A model generated the notes under the pieces. It was not told the DNA's origin. It ran no database searches and saw nothing but the letters and a program-made list of their open reading frames with translations. DNA of 64,000 nt from an uncultured Acidimicrobiaceae bacterium. Its GTDB lineage: Bacteria > Actinomycetota > Acidimicrobiia > Acidimicrobiales > CAIXPF01. Positions within the stretch are counted from its first letter, which is position 1, and the number at the start of each line of letters is the position of its first letter. The position numbers were made by a program, and so were the translations under genes. Where the stretch lies: assembly GCA_964453335.1 (NCBI GenBank), contig CAYVOK010000009.1, positions 15,099-79,098 of the forward strand, read 5' to 3'. Below are positions 56,645 through 64,000 of this stretch, in pieces.

Positions 56645-57685
56645 TCAGCGGGTGGCCGCCACGAGCGCCCGCACCCGAGGGACGACCTCGGTCGCGTACA
56701 ACTCGATGCAGCGGCACAGGTCGGCGTGGGGGAGTGTCCCGGAGCTGTACTTCAGCACGAACCGTGTGAGGCCGAGGGCGGGTGCGACGCGGGCGATCTT
56801 GCGGGCGACGGTGTCGGGACCGCCGACGAACAGTGCGCCGTCGGGACCCGCGGTCGCCTCGAACTCGGCACGACTCGTGGGGGGCCAGCCGCGCTCACGG
56901 CCGATCCTGTTGCGCATCACCGACCAGTGCGGCCAGTACGCCTCACGCGCCTCCTCGTCGGTCGGTGCGACGTGTCCGGGGCTGTGCATGCCGACCGGTT
57001 GCGGTGCGTGCCCGAACCGGTCGAGCGCCCGCTGGAACAGTTCGACGTAGGGGGCGAACCGCAGCGGTTCACCACCGATGACGGCGAGCATGAGCGGCAG
57101 ACCGTGACGGGCGGCGCGGACGACCGACTCAGGGCTCCCGCCGACGCCCACCCAGGTACGGATCCCGCGCTCGGTCGTGGGGTAGATGCGCTGGTCGTGC
57201 AACGGGGGGCGGGTCGTCCCCGTCCAGGTGACCGCACCCTCCGACCGCAGTGCGGCGAACAGGTCGAGCTTCTCTTCGAAGAGGACCCCGTAGTCGCCGA
57301 GGTCGTGGCCGAACAGCGGGAACGACTCGGTGAACGACCCGCGTCCGAGAACCACCTCGGCCCGGCCGCCCGACAGTCCGTCGAGGGTCGCGAACCGCTG
57401 GTAGACGCGCACCGGGTCGTCGGAGCTGAGCACGGTGACGGCGGACGTGAGGCGGATGCGATCGGTCCGACCGGCGATCGTGCCGAGGACGACCTCGGGG
57501 GCGGACACGGCGAAGTCGACGCGGTGGTGTTCACCGACCCCGAAGCTGTCGAGGCCGGTCCGGTCGGCGAGGACGGCCTGCTCGACGACGTCGCGGAGCA
57601 CCTGGGGGTGGGGGACGGGTCGGCCGTCGGCGTCGACGGTGGCGTCACCGAAGGTGTCGAGCCCGAACTCGAGGTGCTCACTCAC
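56645..57685 (-). CDS. LLM-class flavin-dependent oxidoreductase
   Basis: GTG 57685. 'EFGLDTFGD', 'GLDSFGVGEHH' and 'GRAEVVLGRGSFTESFPLFG'. Confidence 0.85.
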   Translation of the reverse strand: MSEHLEFGLDTFGDATVDADGRPVPHPQVLRDVVEQAVLADRTGLDSFGVGEHHRVDFAVSAPEVVLGTIAGRTDRIRLTSAVTVLSSDDPVRVYQRFATLDGLSGGRAEVVLGRGSFTESFPLFGHDLGDYGVLFEEKLDLFAALRSEGAVTWTGTTRPPLHDQRIYPTTERGIRTWVGVGGSPESVVRAARHGLPLMLAVIGGEPLRFAPYVELFQRALDRFGHAPQPVGMHSPGHVAPTDEEAREAYWPHWSVMRNRIGRERGWPPTSRAEFEATAGPDGALFVGGPDTVARKIARVAPALGLTRFVLKYSSGTLPHADLCRCIELYATEVVPRVRALVAATR

Positions 57686-58499
57686 AGGCCACGCCGTCCT
57701 TGTCGCCGTCGAGTGCCGTCCGGTACCCGGGCTGTCCCTGGTAGAGCGGGGCGGCGCCGGCGGCCCGGACGGCCGCGCAGTTCTGGTAGTAGACCGCGCC
57801 GTTCGCACCGGTCGTCGGGGCAACGGTCGTCCCGGTGATCCCACGCCCCGACGTCGATCCGAAGCCCGGGCACATGTGCGCGGTGGCGTTGTCGGCGGCG
57901 ATGTACTCGTCCTCGCGCGGGTGCCACCCGTAGCCGTCCCGGCTGTCGTAGCGGGCGATCGCGAACCCGCCGGTGATCTGTGCGAGTCCGGCGTCGAGCC
58001 CGTCGACGTCGATGTAGCGGATGATCCGGCCGTAGCGGTCCCGGTCGTCGCTGTCGGCCTGGGTGAGGACGACGGCACGTCCGAGCGTGAGCGACGACAT
58101 GTGACGTGTCGCCTCGCCGTAGCCGCACTCGCCGCGCTCGGGGGTGTCGATGCCGGCCACGCGGACGGTCTCGGCCACGCCACCCGGTCCGCTGACGTCG
58201 ACCGTGTCACCGTCGACGATCCGGGTCACCGTCCAACCTGCGGTCGCCGGGCGACCGCCGGGCGATGCGGCGGCCCGCGTCGTCGTGGTCCCGGCGCGTG
58301 TGGTCGACGTCGGCCCGGTGCCTGTCGCGCCGATTCCACCTGCGCTCGTGGCGCCGGTGGCCGCACGCGCTCGTGCGTCGTCCGCATCGGCGAGCACGTC
58401 GTCGACCGTCGGGTCGACGCCCGCCTCGTCGACCTCGCACCCGGCGAGCAGCAGGAGCGCGGCGACCACGGCCGCAACGCCCCGTCGTCGGCCGGTCAT
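57678..58499 (-). CDS. secreted thermonuclease (SNase-like) lipoprotein with C-terminal excalibur domain
   Basis: ATG 58499. Lipobox 'LLLLAGCE' and a Thr/Gly linker. The SNase core is 'IVDGDTVDV...VRVAGIDTPE...DRYGRIIRYI'. The excalibur motif is 'YYQNCAAVRAAGAAPLYQGQPGYRTALDGDKDGVACE'. Confidence 0.88.
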   Translation of the reverse strand: MTGRRRGVAAVVAALLLLAGCEVDEAGVDPTVDDVLADADDARARAATGATSAGGIGATGTGPTSTTRAGTTTTRAAASPGGRPATAGWTVTRIVDGDTVDVSGPGGVAETVRVAGIDTPERGECGYGEATRHMSSLTLGRAVVLTQADSDDRDRYGRIIRYIDVDGLDAGLAQITGGFAIARYDSRDGYGWHPREDEYIAADNATAHMCPGFGSTSGRGITGTTVAPTTGANGAVYYQNCAAVRAAGAAPLYQGQPGYRTALDGDKDGVACE

Positions 58500-59527
58500 C
58501 CGGCCGTCGGGTCGACGAGCAGCTTCACCGCCTGGATCCGTCGGTGCGCGAGGTCGTCGATGGTCCGACCGAGGTCGTCGAGGGTGATCGTCCCGTCGTG
58601 GAGTGCGGTTGCGTCGATGCGGCCGGTGCGGATCAGGTCGGCGGCGATGGCCATCTCCTCGAGGGTGAACACGAAGGAGGTGTCGACGCGCACCTCCTTG
58701 CTCATCCACCGGATCGGCTGGACGGTCGCGTCACCGGACGTGACACCGAGCATGCACACCGACCCGCCGCGACGGACGAGGTCGACGGCGGCCTGCAGGG
58801 TCGCGGGGACCCCGGCGCAGTCGAACGCGATGTCGGCGCGCAGGCCGCCGGTGACCTCGTTCAGGTGTTCACGGAGTTCCGGCCCGGGTGGGAGTGCGAC
58901 GTCGGCACCGACGGCGAGTGCCCGCGCCCGTCGGGCTTCGTCGACCTCGACGGCGATCACGTGCCCGGCGCCGCCGACGCGTGCGCACTGCAGCGCCAAC
59001 AGGCCGATCGGCCCGCAGCCGACGACCGCGACGACGTCGCCCATGTGCATGCTGCTGCGGCGCACACCGTGCAGGGCGACGGCGGTCGGTTCGACGATCG
59101 CGGCCGCGACGTCGGTGATGCCCGCCGGCATCGGGCACAGCCGGTTCGCGTCGATGGCGATCGAACGGGCGAACCCGCCGTTGGTGGGTGCGAGGCGGCC
59201 GGTGTACCCGCTGAACGCGACGGAGCAGTACTCGGGCAGGGCGGCACGGCACTCCGCGCAGGTGCCGCAACCCGGTGCGATGCCTGCGGTCACCCGGTCG
59301 CCCTCGGACACGACTCGGACTCCGGCGGCGACCTCGCGCACGACGCCGACCCATTCGTGGCCGCACACTCCCGGGTTGTAGGCCCAGCCCTCGGTGTACG
59401 CGTGGACGTCGCTGCCGCAGATCCCGCACAGGAGCACGTCGACGACTGCCTGTCCGGCTGCCGGTGTCGGATCGTCGACCTCGGCGAGTTCGAAGGAGTA
59501 CCGGCCGGTGATCCGCCCTGCGCGCAT
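58496..59527 (-). CDS. zinc-dependent alcohol/threonine dehydrogenase-like (MDR family)
   Basis: 'CGICGSDVH', 'GHEWVG', structural-zinc 'CGTCAECR' and 'VVGCGPIGL'. Confidence 0.9.
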   Translation of the reverse strand: MRAGRITGRYSFELAEVDDPTPAAGQAVVDVLLCGICGSDVHAYTEGWAYNPGVCGHEWVGVVREVAAGVRVVSEGDRVTAGIAPGCGTCAECRAALPEYCSVAFSGYTGRLAPTNGGFARSIAIDANRLCPMPAGITDVAAAIVEPTAVALHGVRRSSMHMGDVVAVVGCGPIGLLALQCARVGGAGHVIAVEVDEARRARALAVGADVALPPGPELREHLNEVTGGLRADIAFDCAGVPATLQAAVDLVRRGGSVCMLGVTSGDATVQPIRWMSKEVRVDTSFVFTLEEMAIAADLIRTGRIDATALHDGTITLDDLGRTIDDLAHRRIQAVKLLVDPTAG

Positions 59528-59539
59528 GGAGGTTTTCTA

Positions 59540-60184
59540 TCAGCCGCCGGTGCGCCGGAGCCGGGGCGAGACGATCCGCTTCCAGCCGAACGCCGCCACG
59601 GCGAGGACGATGCACGCGATCACGACCCACTGGAACCGTTCGACGACACCGCCCACGCGCTCCCACTGGTCGCCGAGCACAGCGCCTGCGCCGATGAGTG
59701 CGCCGTTCCAGATCGCGCTGCCGACGGCGGTGAACACGGTGAACCGGACGAGCGGCATGCGTCGGAAGCCGGCGGGCACCGAGATCAGCGACCGGATGAG
59801 GGGGATGCAGCGGCCGACGAGCACGGTGACGGTGGACCGCCGGTCGAACCAGGCCTCGGCACGTTCGAGGTCGTCGAGCCGCACCCCGAACCACCGCCCG
59901 TACCGTCCGATGATCCGGTGGAGACGGTCGTGGCCGATCCACGCTGCGAGCCCGTACAGGATCCAGGCGCCGACCACCGATCCGAGGGTCGCGCCGAGGA
60001 ACATCGCGGTCAGGGAGGCGTCGCCGCGACCGGCGACGAAGCCGGCGAGGGGGAGGACGAGCTCGGAGGGGATCGGCGGGAAGACGTTCTCGAGGGCGAC
60101 GAGGAGGGCGACGCCGACGGCGCCGAGGGACTCGACGATGCGGGTGATCACGTCGGTCAGGCCGGAGAACACGGAGCCTGACAC
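59540..60184 (-). CDS. DedA-family membrane protein
   Basis: 'ENVFPPIPSELVLPLAGF' and 'GRCIPLIRSLISVPAG'. GTG start. Confidence 0.9.
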   Translation of the reverse strand: MSGSVFSGLTDVITRIVESLGAVGVALLVALENVFPPIPSELVLPLAGFVAGRGDASLTAMFLGATLGSVVGAWILYGLAAWIGHDRLHRIIGRYGRWFGVRLDDLERAEAWFDRRSTVTVLVGRCIPLIRSLISVPAGFRRMPLVRFTVFTAVGSAIWNGALIGAGAVLGDQWERVGGVVERFQWVVIACIVLAVAAFGWKRIVSPRLRRTGG

Positions 60185-60193
60185 TATGGGCCG

Positions 60194-60985
60194 GTGTTCG
60201 TCGCCGCGGTGATCGCCGTCGAAGGGGTCGCCGTGCTGCAGTGGGTGGCGCTCGTGGCCGCCGGGGTCGGGGCCGGTCTCACCGGGAGCGTGGCGGGGCT
60301 CGCCTCGCTGGTGTCCTACCCGGCGCTCCTCGCGGTCGGGCTGCCTGCAGTCGAGGCGAACGTGACGAACACCGTCGCGCTCGTGGCGTCGACGGTCGGA
60401 TCGGTCGGTGGGTCGCGGCGCGAGCTCGCCGGGCGGGTGCGACCAGCGTTACGGCTCGCTGCGGCGGGGCTCGTCGGCGGGGCGGCAGGTTCGGCGCTGC
60501 TGCTCGTCACACCACCGGGGCTCTTCGAACGTCTCGTGCCGTTCCTCGTCGCCCTCGGTTCGGTCGGGATGCTCGTCCGAGGACGGCTCGTCGACCGGGG
60601 GGACCGCCACTCTGCGATTGCACCGGCAGGCTGGTCCGCCGTGGCGGTGGTCGGTTGTATCGGCGTCTACAGCGGGTATTTCGGTGCCGGCGCCGGGGTG
60701 ATGCTGCTCGCGCTTCTCTTGCACGTGACCGGGGACCGGCTCCCGGTCGCGAACGCCATGAAGAACCTGCTGCTCGGTGTTGCGAACAGCACCGCAGCGT
60801 GCGCGTTCGCGTTCTTCGGTCCGGTGCGGTGGACGACGGCCCTGCCGCTGGCGCTCGGGCTCGTCGTCGGTGGTGCGACGGGCCCTGTGGTGGTGCGGCG
60901 CTTGCCTGCCGACCGGTTGCGGATCGCGATCGGGGCCGCCGGGCTCGGCCTCGCCGTCGTGCTCGCACGTGACGTCTACCGGTGA
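60194..60985 (+). CDS. TauE/SafE-family anion exporter
   Basis: Eight TM segments. 'GLTGSVAGLASLVSYPALL' and 'YSGYFGAGAGVMLLALL'. The start may lie further downstream, because GTG 60194 is only 9 nt from the divergent DedA start. Confidence 0.8.
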   Translation: MFVAAVIAVEGVAVLQWVALVAAGVGAGLTGSVAGLASLVSYPALLAVGLPAVEANVTNTVALVASTVGSVGGSRRELAGRVRPALRLAAAGLVGGAAGSALLLVTPPGLFERLVPFLVALGSVGMLVRGRLVDRGDRHSAIAPAGWSAVAVVGCIGVYSGYFGAGAGVMLLALLLHVTGDRLPVANAMKNLLLGVANSTAACAFAFFGPVRWTTALPLALGLVVGGATGPVVVRRLPADRLRIAIGAAGLGLAVVLARDVYR

Positions 60986-61015
60986 TCGGGGGGTCGTAGG
61001 CTCCCGCCGGTCACC

Positions 61016-62908
61016 ATGCAGCCCACCTATCGCCGAGACGTCGACGGCCTCCGCGCCCTTGCGGTCGTGCCGGTCGTGTTGTTCCACGCCTTCCCCGCGT
61101 TCCTGCCGGGCGGGTTCGTGGGCGTCGACGTCTTCTTCGTCATCTCCGGCTTCCTGATCTCGTCGATCATCTTCGGTGCGGCCGATCGCGGTGCGTTCAG
61201 CTACGCAGACTTCTACCGCCGTCGTGTGCGACGCATCTTCCCTGCCCTCGGTCTGGTGCTCGCAGCGACCCTCGCCGTCGGTTGGCTCGTGCTCCTGCCC
61301 GACGACCTCGCGCACGTCGGCAAGCACGTCGCCGGCGCCGTTGCGTTCGTTGCGAATCTCGTCTCGTGGCGTGAGGCCGGCTATTTCGACGTGGCGTCGG
61401 AGTTGAAGCCGCTCCTCCACCTCTGGTCGCTCGGGATCGAAGAACAGTTCTACATCGTGTTCCCGCCGGTCGTGCTCCTCGCTCGCCGGCTGCGGATCCC
61501 GCGGATGGTGCTGCTCACCTCAGCCCTCACCCTGTCGTTCGCTGCGTGCGTCGTGGGTACCGGACTCCGTCCAGGGGCGGCGTTCTCACTCCCGGTCACC
61601 CGGGCCTGGGAGCTGCTCGCGGGTGCGGTTCTCGCCGACGTCGCGTTGCGCGGCGGGTTGGCGAAGATCACCGGGCGTCGTGTCCTTGCGGATTTCGTCT
61701 CGGTCCTGGGGGTCGGCGCGATCGTCGCGGCGGTCGTGACCTTCGACGGTTCTCAGGCGTTCCCTGGTTGGCGGGCCGCTGTACCGGTCCTCGGGTCGGC
61801 GGCGGTGATAGCGGCCGGGCCCGATGCGCTCGTCAACCGACGCGTGCTCGGTCGACGCTTCCTCGTCGGGATCGGCCTCATCTCGTATCCGTTGTACCTG
61901 TGGCACTGGCCGCTGCTGGTCCTGCCGCGCCTTGCCTCCGGGGCGCCGCTGTCGTCGGCGTCCAGCGCGGTGCTCGTCGGTGCTGCAGTTCTGGCAGCAG
62001 TCGTCACGTATCGGTTCGTCGAGCGCCCGCTGCGCTTCTCGACCCGGTTCCCTCGGCCGACGCTCGTTCTTGCGTCGGTACTCGCTCTGATCGGCCTGCT
62101 CGGGGTCGCCGTCCGGATCGCGGACGGTGCTCCTGGTCGCTACCCGCCTGCCCTCGAGGCTCTCGCACGGTATGAGGTGGACTACCTCACGGACGGTCTG
62201 TCCGGATCGTGCTGGTTGGCGAACGACGACCCGGTCCGTGGATTCGCACCGTCGTGTCTCCCCGTCGGCGGTGATCCGCTCACGGTCGTCTGGGGTGACT
62301 CGCACGCAGCGCGACTCACCCCAGGCCTTCGGGCCGTGGCGTCGGGTATTCGTATCGGGCAGCTGACGAGGAACTCGTGCCCTCCCGTCCTCGACGTGGA
62401 GTACGAACGCTGCCGGGAGTCGAACGACGCGATTCTCGAGACACTCCGTTCGGTGCGCCCGGGTCGAGTGGTGTTGCACGCTGCGTGGAACGACTACCCC
62501 TACGTCGACCGGCGGGACCGGGTGATCGATCAACTCCTGGTGACGGTCGACGCGCTCCGTTCGGCCGGCATCGCCGAGATCGTCGTCGTCGGCCCGTCGC
62601 CACGGTGGGCGGGTGCGCTACCGGACATCCTCCTGCGCTCCGCCCTCCGGGCCGATAGCGACGGGTTCACAGACCGGACCGCTGACGGCTGGCGACGCGA
62701 CGCGGCGGCGCTCGACGACGAGCTCCGTGGCCGGCTCGCCGATGTGCCCGGTGTCTTCTACACGTCGGCCGTGGAGCAGTTCTGTGATCCGAGCGGATGC
62801 GTGACGACGGTCGACGGCACCGCAGCCGGGCTCGTGACCTTCGACGACGGACACCTCACGACCCCGGGGGCGACCGTCGTGGCGCGAGGCATGGCGGCGC
62901 GCTGGTGA
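61016..62908 (+). CDS. acyltransferase-3 (OafA/YrhL-type) membrane O-acyltransferase with C-terminal SGNH domain
   Basis: 'DGLRALAVVPVVLFH', 'GVDVFFVISGFLIS', 'HLWSLGIEEQFY' and 10-11 TM segments. The soluble tail carries 'VVWGDSHA', an SGNH block-I-like motif. Confidence 0.9.
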   Translation: MQPTYRRDVDGLRALAVVPVVLFHAFPAFLPGGFVGVDVFFVISGFLISSIIFGAADRGAFSYADFYRRRVRRIFPALGLVLAATLAVGWLVLLPDDLAHVGKHVAGAVAFVANLVSWREAGYFDVASELKPLLHLWSLGIEEQFYIVFPPVVLLARRLRIPRMVLLTSALTLSFAACVVGTGLRPGAAFSLPVTRAWELLAGAVLADVALRGGLAKITGRRVLADFVSVLGVGAIVAAVVTFDGSQAFPGWRAAVPVLGSAAVIAAGPDALVNRRVLGRRFLVGIGLISYPLYLWHWPLLVLPRLASGAPLSSASSAVLVGAAVLAAVVTYRFVERPLRFSTRFPRPTLVLASVLALIGLLGVAVRIADGAPGRYPPALEALARYEVDYLTDGLSGSCWLANDDPVRGFAPSCLPVGGDPLTVVWGDSHAARLTPGLRAVASGIRIGQLTRNSCPPVLDVEYERCRESNDAILETLRSVRPGRVVLHAAWNDYPYVDRRDRVIDQLLVTVDALRSAGIAEIVVVGPSPRWAGALPDILLRSALRADSDGFTDRTADGWRRDAAALDDELRGRLADVPGVFYTSAVEQFCDPSGCVTTVDGTAAGLVTFDDGHLTTPGATVVARGMAARW

Positions 62909-62930
62909 GCCGTCCGGACGGGGGGCATGG

Positions 62931-64000
62931 ATGAGCGGCGCAGCGGTCGGTTCGGTGATCCTCGGCCTGGCAGCAGTCGCGCTGTTCGCCACGGGCTGGA
63001 GACGATGGCGTCGTTCCGTCCGTCTGGCGGACACCCCGACCGTGCCTCCGTCGGCGGTGCCGTTCGGTCGGGTCGAGTGTTCCGGTCGCGCGGCGGTCCC
63101 GCAGGGTTGGTCGACGGTGGGCCGTCGACCCGCGGTCTGGTACCGATTCCGGCTGCAGGAGTACCACAAGGACTCCGACGGTGACGGCGAGTGGCGAACG
63201 CGCGCCGAGGCCAGGAGCGCGCGTCAGTTCCTCCTCGTGGACGATCACGGCACCGTGCTCGTCGACCCGGACGGTGCGATCGTGGACGCGATCACGAGCG
63301 AGGCGTCCGACCTCGGGACGTTGACGCTGCACGTACTCGCCAAGGCAACGGAGACCGTGGTCGCCGCAGCGGGCGTGGATCCCGATCGGCCGATCGCGAG
63401 TCTGCGTGGTCGGTGGAGGGTTCTCGAGGAGTACCTACCGGTCGGCACTGTCGTCACGGCTCTCGGTCCTGTGCTGCCTGCGTCGACCGACCCGTCGGTT
63501 CCCGTGTTCCGACGCGGGGAGTCGGGACCTGGTGGCTCGGGCGACCTCTACCTCGGTCATGGATCACCTGACGAGGTGGAGGCCCGGAATCGCCGGGGTG
63601 GGCTGCTCGTCGTCCTGACGCCGCTGCCAGCAGGTCTGGCCGTAGGTGGGCTCCTGTCGTCGCGTGGTGTTCCATTCGCCGTCGGACTCGCATTCGCTTC
63701 GCTCGGGTATGCAACGGCTGTGGTCCGTTGGGCGCTCGACCGGTACAACCGGATCGTCTTCGCTGCGAATCAGGTCGAGGCGTGCTGGTCGATGGTGGAT
63801 GTCGCTCTCGCCCGCCGGGCGACGCTCGTGCCGCAACTCGTCGCTGTGGTCGAGGCGGCGTTTGCGAGCGAGGCGGCGGTGCAGGAATCCATGGCGATCT
63901 CCCGTTGGCAGCACCGGGAGCGGGTCGACCTCGTGGCTGCCGATGCCTCGGGCGCTGTTGCGGCCACGGTGTTCCCTCGGATCGCAGCACTTGCCGAGCA
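62931..64000 (+). CDS. GIDE-like domain + 2 TM + LemA-domain fusion protein (3' end beyond the window)
   Basis: Not in the supplied track because it has no stop. My hand translation from ATG 62931 (preceded by GGACGGGGGG) is open for 356 codons to the window end. It begins with TM 'AVGSVILGLAAVALFA'. Next comes 'FGRVECSGRA...RPAVWYRFRLQEY...RQFLLVDDHGTVLVDPDGA'. Two TM helices follow. It ends with 'YNRIVFAANQVEACWSMVDVALARRATLVPQLVAVVE', the LemA signature. Confidence 0.75.
   Translation, partial: MSGAAVGSVILGLAAVALFATGWRRWRRSVRLADTPTVPPSAVPFGRVECSGRAAVPQGWSTVGRRPAVWYRFRLQEYHKDSDGDGEWRTRAEARSARQFLLVDDHGTVLVDPDGAIVDAITSEASDLGTLTLHVLAKATETVVAAAGVDPDRPIASLRGRWRVLEEYLPVGTVVTALGPVLPASTDPSVPVFRRGESGPGGSGDLYLGHGSPDEVEARNRRGGLLVVLTPLPAGLAVGGLLSSRGVPFAVGLAFASLGYATAVVRWALDRYNRIVFAANQVEACWSMVDVALARRATLVPQLVAVVEAAFASEAAVQESMAISRWQHRERVDLVAADASGAVAATVFPRIAALAE

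Noticed and set aside
62927-63571. Track ORFs 62927-63184 (85 aa) and 63191-63571 (126 aa).
   Set aside because: Both are Arg/Gly/Pro-rich with no motifs and lie out of frame within the long stop-free frame starting at 62931. That frame encodes recognisable GIDE-like and LemA sequences.

Overview
Very GC-rich, densely coding chromosomal window of actinobacterial type; third codon positions are almost always G/C. I called 55 CDS, one riboswitch, a few coding low-complexity repeats and two hairpins. I saw no rRNA, tRNA, transposase, integrase or CRISPR array. Many neighbouring genes share 4-nt ATGA/GTGA start/stop overlaps. Most long ORFs in the supplied track are Arg/Pro/Gly-rich antisense or off-frame shadows and were ignored.

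Layout:
- 1-19.4 kb: cell-envelope glycan locus. gmd-rmd-GT4 lies divergent from a giant GT2-membrane fusion plus a DUF5719-like exported protein with a Thr-rich linker. Next come a Trx-like protein, FtsH and a CPBP protease, then a 945-aa GT-C-like membrane protein coupled to a GtrA-GT2 fusion, then manB-trm112-manA.
- 19.5-22.2 kb: ahcY and an MFS transporter.
- 22.2-25.1 kb: thiamine-precursor ABC operon controlled by a TPP riboswitch, which the ORF track cannot show.
- 25.9-35.9 kb: housekeeping block mtnA-comF-hpf-secA-prfB-ftsE-ftsX-malQ.
- 35.9-41.1 kb: redox-enzyme island.
- 41.2-50.2 kb: compact signalling block and my best candidate for an undescribed system. It contains a minimal Ser/Thr kinase + FHA/zinc-ribbon pair, an Hsp70-fold ATPase fused to a TM helix and a PknH-type-looking ectodomain co-oriented with a Kef/USP antiporter, and a divergent kinase with a degenerate P-loop GTPase-like tail + alpha/beta hydrolase.
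- 50.2-61 kb: P450/NMO/cupin/pirin operon, ADP-ribosylglycohydrolase, transporters, and an ADH-secreted nuclease-LLM operon.
- 61-64 kb: region with visibly relaxed GC3. It holds an acyltransferase-3/SGNH gene and an ORF absent from the supplied track because it has no stop inside the window. That ORF encodes a GIDE-like + 2TM + LemA fusion.

All family assignments come from reading motifs by eye and need HMM or BLAST confirmation.
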